Notes under the pieces: generated by a model | What the model was told of the DNA's origin: nothing | The model's input: the letters and a program-made list of their open reading frames with translations, nothing else | Database searches by the model: none | Made by a program: the position numbers and the translations under genes | Origin: Chrysomallon squamiferum | Lineage: Eukaryota > Animalia > Mollusca | Length of the DNA stretch: 64,000 nt | Assembly: GCA_012295275.1 (NCBI GenBank) | Contig: CM022670.1 | Location: 30,752,001 to 30,816,000 of the forward strand | Direction of reading: 5' to 3' | In this document: piece after piece, positions 12,360-25,611 of the stretch | How positions within the stretch are numbered: the stretch's first letter is position 1 | How the letters are laid out: each line of letters begins with the position of its first letter

Positions 12360-14409
12360 TCATGTAATAGTCTTCACAGATAAATGTATCTGTTTCACAT
12401 TTGTTAGTAATTGTTTTGTATAGATTCTGACACTGTCGTCTTCATAAATTTCTGCATCGGGACGACAAAGTCGGTAATGATGTAACAGGCCATCTTTAGG
12501 CGAGACGAGATATTCTTTGAACCCATTCCTGTACATATCTTTGTCTATCAAATGAATTCTAACTACCCAGACTCTTTCTGCATTTACAATCTGTTTACTT
12601 CTGCTTTTCCATTTAAAAGTTGTTTGATCCCTCCAGATTCGTAACAGTGGCGTTATATCATATTTCATTATTTCTTCGGACTGTGATAGCTTTTTCAAAT
12701 CAGGTTTCAAATCTCGGTTTGTGCAAAATATTGAATTCTGAAACAAAAATGATCCAGTATTTGACTTGTTTTTTTCAACACTTTCGATGAATGTCAACCA
12801 GTTGGGATGCTTCTTTGGTATGACTACCTCGTCTAGATCTGTAAAGATAATGTATCTAGAAGTGTACATGTTTCTATAGAGACAGTCATTATTAACTGCA
12901 TCTTGACCGTAGTAATGTATTTGTCTTGTGGGTAAAGTCCAGTGAACTATTTCGAGAAAGCCATTTCGTACATAGCCGTCCAAAACAGCATTGACTTCCG
13001 CCGAAGCACTGAAGTAATAGATAACAAATCGCTGCGCTCCTAAAAGTCGATTCATCTCAATTATAGAAATTGTTTTATTTCTTTCTTTGAAGTTTGAGTG
13101 CATAACTGGTGTACAGACAGTTACGTTGACCTTTTCCTGATGGGGATAAATAACCTCAACAATGTTTGTTACATATTCCGTGTTGTCTACCGATAATGAA
13201 ACCGCAAACGGTCTATGTCCTTCTCTGATTGGACAGCTCGTAATTGTACAGACGTAACTAAAAAAAATTAAAAGGAATTTCTCTAAAGAATTCAGGTTAT
13301 TCGATATTTTTGGTAATTGTAAAGATTGAAATATATATTAATGTGGAAGTTACCGATGTGAAACCTCAGTTATCCAACAATTTACTTGATGGTTTTGTCA
13401 TCTTGGTCGTTAATGGTTAGTATTTTTCTCTGATATAAATCTTAATAAAATTATAGACAACTATATCTAATTTTAGCGTGCCTGAACTATTTCCATTTGA
13501 TTAATATGTTCCAACATTTCTTTGATAACAAATAAAAGTTATGGTTTTCGTCTTTGTCAATTTCAGTTATTAAGATGTATAATAATTACAGTTGGAACAA
13601 TTCCTGGTTGTCTGGTAAGTAGAACATCCAAATGTTAAGTGTGGCAGGATACTACTGTCCTCCCATATTTGGACAAAGCAAGAAGAAACTGGTACTTGCA
13701 TTTTCATCTGTGTAAAACTTCTGGCAACTTAACTACTCTGCCACCCCTCCATCCTTAAACGCATACCAATGACATTAAGGGACTCACTTCACTGAATCTA
13801 AAATCAATTTTTTTTTTTTTTTTTTTTTTTTATTATTATTTATTTCATTTCATTTATTATTATTATTATTTTTTTTTTTTTTTTTTTTTTTTGTGTGTGT
13901 TGTTGTTGTTGTTGTTGTTGTTGTAATAACTAATATTTAAAGCTAAATATTTAAATGATCAAATTATGATACCTGTTACGTCTTCCTCCAGGTAAATATC
14001 TTATATTGCCAGCTACAATCAGTGGATTTTGGACAGATCGATCTTCCCAAATAAAACATTTGACTTTCACCGTTCTCTTTAACCGTTTACCTAATCCAAT
14101 GACCCGTATCTTCCAGTCAAATTCATCTCTATAAGAAGAATACACGTAGAAATAACAGTTTTCATCCACCGCTTGCCATATCATGGAAATCATCATTCTT
14201 TGTACCAGTGCCGAGTATGCCTTGATTTTACCTCGCTGCGCTATGTTTCTGAAATTATCACATTTTCTTATATTTGTTTTATCGTCTGAGAATCCTCCCT
14301 GAAGTCTTCTTTGTGGCTTAACAATCGTCATGTGAAACATTATGACAGTCAAAATTGACAAAAAACTCGCCAATACTAAAAATAAGAATAATGTTAATTT
14401 ACTCGGCAT
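12360..14409 (-). CDS. Glycosyltransferase family 92 copy 3; 2 coding exons, 444 aa, apparently intact
   Basis: Exons are 14409-13973 and 13257-12360, with a phase-2 intron (AG|gtatc ... ttttag|T) joining GGRRN-S-YVCTITSCP. Has a signal anchor (LTLFLFLVLASFLSILTVIMF), VYSSY, VCTPVMH, EMNRLLGA, HYYGQ..NDCLYR, DLDE, RSKQI and LLHHYR. Confidence 0.9.
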
Positions 14410-15682
14410 TGCTAAACAGTAACATATCAAATACTGTTTAACTGAGATTTTTATTTTTACTGTTATTGTCCTCGGTGAGTGGCAACTGTCATTTTAGCCT
14501 GAGAAGCGGATCGTTGTTTTCAAAATTTCTTCTTCGTCTTCTTTAAATACTCATTTCCAAACCTCCAGACACTTTAAGTGGAAGATCCCATTATTGCGTT
14601 TCCTTCATTCGTTTCTGTATGCAACTTGTTGAAATTATTACCTATATCTTCAAATTCTAATAATTATTTTCAAGTTTATAATATGCCTCAGCCATCTTGT
14701 GACTTTTTTGAGAACTTCTAATGTACTTCGTTTTTATAACTGTCGAGGTAATGTTTGTAAAATGAAGAGATGTCAACAGTACAACAAAGGCACATACGTG
14801 ATGTATGAAAGGTAGAAATGACATCCTAGAAAATACATCCAGTGTCCCCGTTAATATAATATGTCCTTGGGTACAGTGCGTTAATTTGTCAGGGCGATTT
14901 ATTTCAACGACGGACGCTTGTTCAAATCGCCCTCCGCGCTGAAAATTACATTGTTCTTAACATTTATGTTAGCTGAAGTAATTATACAAAAAAACAGTTA
15001 TTGTTATCTTTTTTTGTAACCGTTTATTTTTTTTTTTTTTTTTTTTTTTTTTAATTACTGATACCATGCCTTTATCCAGTAAGCAACAGAGTGAAGATTT
15101 TCTTAATATATCCTCGAAATATAAAATAAACAATGAAAAGAACAGAACTGTATTTAAAAGATAAAATTAATACACTCCTAAAGCTGTTTTATAGTAGTTC
15201 CAGATTTCTAGAAGATGGATATTTGGTCTGGTACCTAATTTTTAATCAGATCATTTGCAATAAATAAAGTATTTTTTGTGTTTGTTGTTCATCTTTTCTC
15301 CTCTGAGACCTTTAACTCCCAAATAGAAACAAACATCCCTGATTTCAACTTCTTTCTCATTACATTATTAACACAGGAACTTACATGACCTGAAATATTA
15401 AAATACATCTTGTACTGTATGTTCTTAAGCACAATAAGTTATCAAGTGAACGTCACACTAAAAATGTGAATACTGTTTGTGAGAATAATAAATATAAATA
15501 TGAAGTGAAAACAAATATAAATCAGAATAAAATCATCTTTATTTATAGATGCATCGAAATGTGACATATTTTAAAACCTAGTGATTTTAAAATGTCCGGT
15601 TAAAATAATAAAACCAATGTACTAAAACTGACATGCTTATTAAAGTTCTATATATAAATTAAAAACAAAAAGCACAGTATCT

Positions 15683-15775
15683 CTATCCGTCTACCATTTG
15701 CTTTGCATTCCAATCAAACCCAGGACCAGCCTTTGGTACAGGTTTGCTGCCCGTTGATATCTTGCTTCTGGAACA

Positions 15776-15826
<51 letters not shown>

Positions 15827-16503
15827 ATGTTTGTGAAATAATCATAATAACAAAAAATATTTTCCATTATATATAGAAAGATGTAGATTTTAAAAATCTG
15901 TATGTGCTTAACTGTAAACATGTGTCAGGGTATGAAGGCCCCAAATTTCCACTGTAAGATTTCTTCATTACAAATTATTACAAATTTAACTTGTAGTAAT
16001 AATTAAGATTAAAAATTATTTTTAACTGTCTACAAGAATTGATTCATTATAAAGGATTACAAATTTAACTTGTAATAATTATTAATATTAAAACTATTTT
16101 TAATTGTCTTGATTCATTACACAATATTACAAATTTAACTTTCAGTAATTATTAATATTAAAACTATTTTTAACTATGAAAGAATTGATTCATTAATTGT
16201 TAATTCTGATGGAGACAATAAAGAATGTAACTAACCCGCCAACACTTTCTCCCAGTAGTTTTGTACTACTCAGATAAACTGCCTTTGGTGGTGATACTGC
16301 CCTACGAGCATCTCTACCCAAGTAATAGTTGTTGGAAAGCTTATGTGATGGTCCACGTGGCAGCTTTACTGGAGGTTGTGATCTGAAGATAGATAAACAC
16401 AGATCAATTCAAAAAAATAGAATAAAATAAAATAAATTGTAGGTAATGTTTTAATGATCTAATTTAATGAAACTGCATATATGATTTATTATACAACATT
16501 AAA

Positions 16504-16537
<34 letters not shown>

Positions 16538-19500
16538 TGGTGATTTATTAATTTTGTGTTATAAAATGTATTATAACTATTTAAAGAAAAATGTGTGATG
16601 TATGTCTAAGTTTGTAGGATGCCCTCTACTGCCACATTTTAATGAACCAAATACAAGTTTAGCAAAATTAAATATCTCAAATGAGATAATGAATTGCATA
16701 TTTTACAAGTTCAAGTTTTGCCATATTTTTCCTAAACATATTTGTTTTAATTATTTATTTATTTTGTTGTTGTTTATTATTTTGGGGGGGCGGGAATGTA
16801 TTTACATTACAGTTCTGCATTAAAAACATGCACAAAGTGTAAAATATTAATTACAAATCCCAGGTAGGTATTATAGATCTATTTTACTCTGAGATATTTA
16901 TTAATTGCTAGGGTTGACTAACACAAAGAATAAGATATCTCATACAAACCTTTTTGAAACAATACCTTCAAACCTATGAGCAGGTCTCAATGTTCTCTAC
17001 AAAAAAAGAAAAAAGAAATTATTAAAATTTGTATTTTAAAATAATGATACCAAATATTATCAACCATGTGTGGCATTCAGACATCCTTAGATTATTTGAA
17101 CAATATATGAATAAAACAAAAACTATCAAAACAAAATTATATTTTTGTTAAATTGATTGTGCCTATTAATGTTATTATATTTATCAAATTTAATATGCAT
17201 TTTCTTTTCTTTTTTAAACTTACTATTAATATATTGTTGGGGTTTTGGGGGGGGGTAAGAGCATATCTAGGGTATGGCAGGTATGGCAATTGCCATGGGC
17301 AACTTGAAGAGGGTGCTGCTCAGCAGATTCTGAAGAACAAAAAATGTATTCAAATATATGATCTGACATTTAGTGTTTTTATGCGTATGAGGACTTCTGT
17401 TGCCAGACTGTTAAAGAATTTGTGTAAATTATTATGTACAAATATAATAATATAGTAGAATATTGTAATCTATTAAATTTAATTTTCTTATAAAAGTTTA
17501 TATATTCTTCATTTTTGGTAATTTTAAGAAGTCCATGAAATGTTTTTCATGAACAAGAAGGAAAGAGTCAAATGTTGGAGGCCAATGCAGTCAAAAAGTC
17601 AAGCAAATTCTTCATGGCATTCTTTGAAATGCTTGGAACAAGTAGTTTGACATGTTCATGGAGATACTTGCACCAGCTACAAGATTGTTGGAATCTGAAG
17701 ATGGATCAAGTACAAATGTATCACAAGCTAAAGAGGAAGTAAAGTCAGATAAATACAGGTATGACAAAGTTAAGAGAGAATGTTGACATGACAGGAGCGG
17801 AAGACAAAGGATTAGTGATGATGTTGAATGTACTGACAAACATTTACTGGAAAAGAATGAACCTGAACATACTGAAGCTAGTGAAGTGGATGGTTTCAAA
17901 GAGCCTTAAACTACTATACCAGAATAATTAAACAGTGATACTAGAAAAGTAATTATATCTGATGTATTAAGAAGAGAAATTATAAAGTTTGGTTCAAAGT
18001 GTTTCCTGAACAGTGAGGGGCCTTTCCTACTAACAAACAACTGCTCAATCAACAGAAAGTTTTTAAGTATGTGGAAGTTGATTTTGAAATGAAAGTAATG
18101 TGTGTTAAAGAGTCCTTCCTTGGTTTTATCCTGACAAGCCAGAAGGATGCTGAAAGGCTGGTTCAAGATATCTTGAAATGGTGTCCATCAAAGAATAAAA
18201 TGAAAAACAAGCTTGTAGTGTAAGCCAATTGTGATAATCACTCACTCAACTTGGTAGGTGTACATGCAGCTAAGCAGAATCCAGTGATGGTCTTGTTTTC
18301 TGGATTAGTGCAAGCACGCTGGGTGTTTTTCTCTCATTGGGAAAAACTCATGGTTGTTAAGTCAGAGTCTGCAACTAGGTGGAGTGTGAGGACAGAAGCA
18401 GTAAACCCCATGAACAAATACCTTGAGGCAATACTGCAAGTCCTCCAGATATGATTGTCACAGAATTCAGATTGTGTAACCAAATTTGTTACTTCGATCA
18501 TATCCATTCCTTTTATTTTTAAGCGATGGAATTGAAATTGCATAAATTTGTTACTTCAAATCATATCTGCTCTTTTTATTGTTTCCGCTAATTTTTCAAC
18601 TCATTGGCGTTGTTATAAAAGGTTTGGCATTTGGTAATTAAGCAGCAAGAGTGAAGGAAACAGTCAAGACAAGAGTTCAGTCAGGAGGGGAAACCACTGT
18701 TTTAGAATGACATTGTCTTTACGGATGAGTATGGTAAGCAATTGTCTATTCTTATTCTGATAGGGTGTAATGAGCAATTAACCTGTGTCAGTAACATTTA
18801 TTATACCTAAAATTTTAATGTTTTAATCTCCCCTCTGTGTAGATTCTTATTTTGTCTTGTTTCCCCTTATGACCTTTCTCATATCATTAATCAAAATTAC
18901 TTAAACGTATTTTTTATATATATATAGCGTGATAAATAATTAACGTGAACCTTAACATGTGTTGTGTTTATATATCTAGTGGATAGATAGACTTATTGAT
19001 TTATATAGATTGCTGTCAATTTAGCATTTATATTCTTTGTCTTGTGGCCATTAAAGCACCTTGTTACCCTAGACTGAGCTTTAATAAAACATCCAAGATG
19101 TTTAAAAGTGTGCACCCCATGACAGGATTATAAAAGTTGGGGCTCTTGTTCGGGATTTTTTAAATAAATAATTTGGGGGCTCATTTTCTAAAATTCTTAC
19201 GAAATTATTTCTTTAGATGTATTGAGTATTTTCTCAATTAAAATGACAGCTAATTTATGTTTATATCTACTTGAGAAAACACAACACAGCAACATAATAA
19301 CAATATTAAAATAAATAAAATCAAAACTTAGAAATAATTAAGGATCAAGATACATTGAACAATCCTATTATAACTTTTATCAAAAGAGCCAAAAGGGCTG
19401 AGCTATTAGAACTGGCAAATATTCATAATATTTCAATTGCCCAGTCAAACAAGATAGACCAAATCAGTTAAATTTTAACAGTGGCTTTATTTGGAGATTC

Positions 19501-19621
19501 TGTTGATAATGAGAGTGGGGGGAATAATGACATAGGTGTAACTCCAAGCATGGCAGAAACAGTGCAATTAGAGGAAGGGAAATTAACAAACATTAGAATA
19601 TGAAAGTGATAGAGAGAAAAG

Positions 19622-19677
<56 letters not shown>

Positions 19678-22600
19678 AAGATAATTAAATTGAAAATAGA
19701 ACATGAACTTAAAATAAGAGGAGAGTTTAGAGATAAATCACCTGAAAATGCATCGAATGGTTTTATAATTAATGATTGTTACAGGTCAGTTCCTAATTTC
19801 GATGAGAATGATGTTGAAATTTTCTTTCAACAGTTTGAAAGAGTGGCCTTGGAAACAAAATGGCCAGACCAGTTTTGGCATTTGTTAGTTCAAAGTAAGT
19901 GGAATGGAAAGGCTGCTCTAGCATATAATGCATTAGATAATGCTCAGGTCAGAAATTATGAGGTGTTAAAATCAGCCTTGCTGACAGTGTATCAGCTGAC
20001 CAGTGAGTCATATCGTCAGTCTTGTCAGAAATTAAAAAAATTAGATTCAGAAACACACTGTGAGTTTGTGTCCAGAAAACAGAATTTTTTGATAAATGGT
20101 CTAGATCAAGTGACTTTGGGAATGATTATGCCAAATTAATCATTTTGGAAGAAGTGAAAAATTGTTTACCAGTAAATGTTCAGTTACATTTGGCAGATCA
20201 GGGCATAGAAAGTCTACAAGCTGCTGCAGCTGCTGATAACTATGTTCTCATCCACAAGTCACAGAGTTGTGAGTCCAGTTTTGCTAGGAATCTTGATGGT
20301 AATCAGGAAAGGTTTTCTGCTAGGACTACATCAGTTAGCCAGCATAACTATAATAGGTCAGGCATGCAAGTAAAGAGTAATCTGTCAGCTGAAACAAAGC
20401 CTTTTCAACCACATTGTTTGTACTGCAAAATGAATAACCATGTTGTTCAAACTGTTATGCCAGACAAATGGATAATCAGAAAACTGTAGTTAGAAGAATA
20501 AGTAATGTCCCAGAATTACTAGAGATGTATACTGAGAAGAAATATGTTAAATATATGTCAGAGGGTACTATTTGTGATATTCAACCAAACAGTTATTCTC
20601 CTAGGGTAATTTCCATTTCTCGAGATCCAGGAGCTTGGCAGAGCCTGATCGTAAAAGATACAATAAGAGATCCAGAAAAATTGGCAACAGGTAAAAATAT
20701 AATCATTACGGCACTTGAGGGAATGTGTACTACCATTCCATTACACCGACTGCTTCTCAATTCACCTCACGTTTCTGCAGAGGTATTGGTCAGTCTGATA
20801 CAGTTTACCGATGGGGGGGTGTAGATATGTTGCTGGGCAATAACCTTTCTGAGAGTTGTTGCAGTAAGAGATGCGAAACTTTACAGATGTTAAATACTCT
20901 GATTTCAACCTGAGATGATAAGGGGTCATTCAGTGTCAAATCAGCCAATGGGTTAAACCTGACCGTCTCTGATTTTTATGAAACTTGGTATACTTGTTGA
21001 CTGGGATCCCACAGCACCAAATCTGAAATATTAGCTCAATCAGATCAGTGGTGTGGGAGATATGGCCCACCGAATTTTGAGATTTTTGGCAAAAATGGGC
21101 GTGACCACCAACCTTTTTACCCTCATATCGCAGGAACTACTGGGCCAATCTTCATAAAATTGGTATTGTTGAAAAGGCAATATGACAAGGATTCCAAATC
21201 TGCCATTATCGTTCAGTTTGGAACCTTGAAATTGTCCGTGTGGATCATGTGATGATGACCTTTATTGCAATTTAATCTCCCACATGTTAACTAAAACATA
21301 TAAAAGTTTCCTGGGTGTAATATTTTTTGTTTAGCCAAAATAGAGATTTAAAAAATGCATATCTGCATGGATGATTGATACAATGCATTATAATGTATAT
21401 TTTCTCTGAGGTCAAAAACTCATCTTTGGAGTTAAAACCCACGTGACATGTCTGAAGGAATGCCTGAAGGATATGAAAAGATGCCAAATGGCATGACATG
21501 TTCTACACAATCAGGCTCAAAGGGTTAAGAGGAAGTGATGCTTCAGGCAGGTCAGGAACTCCTTTAGATCCCCTGGTGCAATCCCCATTGAGCACATGGC
21601 AATTAGAAATTTAAGACAAAGAAGTTTCTTCATCTGCATTTCTTTGACAATCTGAAGTTTTCAAGTTGGACACAATGTCAGATGTTGATATGTAAACATT
21701 ATGTTTTCTTCATAAAACCTATTAAGTCATTTTTTTATGTCAAGTGGCCTTGCCATTGGTTTTGAACAAGGTTTCAGTCAACAACAGTACAACCCTGTCT
21801 GAAATCAGACTTCATCAAGTGATGTACTGCATAATGTATTTGTACACCCAGTCTTCGGCACAGAGTATGAACAAGGTCTACCTTCACCTTTGGCAATAAC
21901 ACATGTACTCTGCTGCCATTTTATGACCTGCTTAACTTTATTGAAAGGGTTTCAGGATTTGATTTGATATTTAGGAAAGCACTGACTTTGTTCTATTGAA
22001 TTGAAGGTGCAGGTCAATCCTGAAAATCCTTATTTCTTCCAGGGCTAACCGCAGCTTTAACTCTCCTGAAAATATGCGTTATCAACACCATCATATCAAA
22101 AAGGAGTTGTTGCGAAGTGTATGGAAAACTGAGGAAGTCAAACTCCTCACTCTTCAAAGTGGGATCAAAACACGGGACATCAAGAGTATCTGTTCACATC
22201 ATGAACAAGAACTTTTAATCAAATTTTCAACACTGTAGAAAAAGTGTTGTGATCCCCTCAATCGCCATCCTAAGCAAGCACGCACTAGATATTTAAGAAT
22301 TGTTAGCATGGGCACTTACAAATGCTTAGTAAATCCTCCAAAAACACTAGTGCCAGGAGACAAGTTGTGCTGTGACTGTCTGATTAGCCTTCAGAAATCA
22401 AAGGTCCAAACCCCTGCAGAAGATGGCTTTAGTACAGGTGATATTACAATGGGAGAATTTGATGATAACTTGCCAGACAAACCGCTGGTTGCTGTTTACC
22501 CAGAAAAGGACTTTGATTTGGATTCTATCCTGTCGAGTTTAGGCGAAATTTCTGTCAAGCTCCATTCACTAGCACGTTCCAGTAAACGAATGAAAGGACA

Positions 22601-25572
22601 GAAAAAAACTAGCATCACCTACAGTAACATTAAAATGACATCTTGAAACAATCTATGATATTCCAGTGATAAAAAGCTATTCCTATGATATAAAGCTGTG
22701 TGGTGAAGAAAGAGAAAGTGATTCTATCCCTCTGTGATGAGAAACAAGGGAAAGTTCTGTCAAATGAATTGAAGGAGGAAATAATTCAATTTTTGGAAAG
22801 TGATGAGAACAGTAGAATATGTCCGGGAATGAAGGATACAGTGAGCATTTGAAACAAAGATGGTGAGAAGTTAAGCATAAGAAACACCTAGTTCTCTCAA
22901 ATTTATGTGAACTTTATGCATACATGTAGGCCTACAATGTCTTACTCGATGATCAAGAAAGATGGTGATTCCTAGCATTCAGAATTGATCATTCAGGTTT
23001 TAGTTAATCAGATGTTAATGGCTGAAAAGGTGTTATTTTCATGTATGTGCATTTTTTAAATCTATATTGTGGCTAAACAAAAAATATTACATCCAGGAAA
23101 CTTTTATATGTTTTAATTAACATGTGGGAGATTAAATTTCAATAAAGGTCATCTCAAGGTCACGTGATCCACACGGTCAATTTCAAGGTCATAGCAAAGG
23201 TCAAACGGTCAATGTACAAAAATGACAGATTTGGAATCCTTGACATATTGCCTTTTCAACAATACCAATTTTATGCAGATTGGCCCAGTAGTTCCTGAGA
23301 TATAAGGGTTCTAAGGTTGGTGGTCACACCCATTTTTGCCAAAAATCTAAGAATTCGGTGGGCCATATCTCCCACACCACTAGTCCGACTGGGCTAAGAT
23401 TTGGTGCTGTGGGATCCCAGTCAACAAGTATACCAAGTTTCATAAAAATCTGAGACAGTCGGGTTTAAATTTTTCTTTTCTGGGGGTGATTTGACATGGA
23501 ATGACCCTAAGGCAACTCATACCTTTCCAGCCTGCATTACAACTAGGTCTATGGCAAGATAAAACAAATCAATCGAAAATCTTTTAATTGATACATGTTT
23601 GTCAAGGATATCTGAAGGAGTAGATGAGTTTCAATCAGAATCTGGTCAAAAAGTGATTGCTTTTGATCCAACACACTGTTCCTCCGAGTTAAAAATGTCT
23701 GGTGATAAACTCCCACAGATTAACTGGAATAAAAAGAATTTGTGTGAAGCACAGAAATGTAATCCATCTTTGAAACAGGTGTGGTCAAAAATAGTAGATA
23801 AAAACAGTCTTTTAAAAGAGAATGAATGTTTCTGTGCGCATAATGATGTGTTGACAAATAAAACTGTAAATAAAATCATGACAGATAAAAATGTAGTACC
23901 TAAAATAAAAGAGAGGTTATGGCAGGTGACTAAGTTAGGCCAAAAACATTTAGTGAAAGCTCAGACTAAAATAAAAAACAATTTGATAGGAAAACTAAGA
24001 AAATTTTATCCAGGTGAGAAGGTACTAATGTATTTGCCAATCACTAAATCATCTCTAATTGTTCTCAAGCCTTCCAGGAATGAAATAATATGTTCTGTTC
24101 AACCCCTGTAAAGGCAGCACCCAATAACCAGCAACCATTCAGGCTGGCTGTAGATGCTAATGATGTTGGTTCCAGGGCCGTCTACTTCAAGATCACAGTG
24201 CGATAGACCACCCAGACTGTGGACATGATGATGTCTATTGATCACCCCATGATAAACCAGGAAAGATAATACCTTACTGAAGCTGAGACATTGCTAGTGT
24301 TACTCTTTTTATTTTATGTATTGTTTGACAAAAACTTTCATATGTATTACATGTCATTGTTTGACAAAAACTTTCAAGGAAAGTGCAGTTGTATTTTATA
24401 TCTTGTGTCATGATTTGTTAATTAATGAGCTATTAATTTGATTGGAAAAGAAATGAAAAAATTGAATGAGTTATGAGTCAAAATGCGACTACATGTTTTT
24501 GGGACCCCCTGTATTTTTATTTTGAATGTATATACATATACTTTTGTTTTTTGTTTTTTTATTTACTTTTCAAAGAACCAATGGTTTTCAGCATTAATTT
24601 TACAGGTGTAATTTTTATAGTTTGGGTACTTCTGGCTCATGTAGATTATATGTCTGATTTATGTTCTGGTGAGTCTTTCTGCCTCACTTAAATATTTATG
24701 ACTATATATAACACATAGTCTTATCTATATACTTGAACAAAAGTCTTACATAAAGCCTAAATATATATTTGAATAAAACTTAATGAAGGATGGTTGGATT
24801 TAGTTATTTTTCTTAAAAATCTCGTTCTTATCACACATTTATCTCACAAATTAACTCCTCAATTCACTTTCAATTTCACAAAGTTTTCTGAATTTTTCAT
24901 TTTTTGAACAATTTGTTCTATATTCTATTACAATACTCTCAAGGTATGCCCTAGATATGCCCCTGGTTTTGGGGTTGTTGTTTTTTTCTATATTATTTGC
25001 TGTAAACCCTTTTCCTAATAATTAGTGTGAGTGTGATGTTTGTCTTTTTTTTTTCTTTTTTTCCCCGTATAACCAAGAATAAGTAATTTTCAAACTTCTG
25101 TAGTATATAAATAATTAAATTTACACAGTTTAGTAAGTATGAAAACTCCATTATGATTAGAAATTATATGTAAATATTCAGTAAAAAAATAATAAAAAAA
25201 CAATTACAAACAACAGATTTTTTATCAGTAACTTGAAATTTTGTCTTTGTAAATAATATTAAGACTATCACACACATACAAATTACTATCCAGTTTATAA
25301 AAATGATAAATTTATATACTTACTGTTATATCAGTAAAACAAAATGTTTTAGGTTATGTTATTTATAAAAACATACTAAATAGCTAATTATATCAAAACA
25401 AACAAGTATCTATTCCTTTGTACAGTGTTTCTATCCATACTAACCCCTCTAGCTCTTGTCAAAATCTTTGTCACTGAAGTCCAAGCAGCTCAGTTGCACC
25501 TGGACTGTGTATTTGTACCTTTTTGGGATATAAGCCATGAAAATGATGTAATTCTGCAAGCTGTGTTACAAC

Positions 25573-25611
<39 letters not shown>

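Larger units (their letters stand above)
17256..24965 (+). mobile_element. hAT DNA transposon (ZMYM1-like transposase, degenerate) hosting nested insertions
   Basis: Imperfect TIRs taagagcatatctagggtat (17256) and atgccctagatatgcccctg (ends 24965). The flanks fit an 8-bp TSD gttttggg, with the left copy followed by an expanded G run. Transposase remnant [14 protein letters not shown]...SATRW (CxxH and RW motifs) at ~18230-18450. Confidence 0.8.

Noticed and set aside
15691-15921. 76-aa minus-strand ORF in the track
   Set aside because: Wrong frame. The real coding sequence here is NDUFA7-B exon 4 (15767-15683), and the rest is microsatellite.
19600-24111. ORFs of 110-180 aa as possible host genes
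   Set aside because: They are frameshifted fragments of Gypsy gag/pol and Sola2 transposase.
25519-25560. Possible NDUFA7-B exon 2 ([14 protein letters not shown], flanked by ag/gt)
   Set aside because: Its length and phase do not fit, and a proper 47-nt exon 2 exists at 16996-16950. At most it is a cryptic exon.
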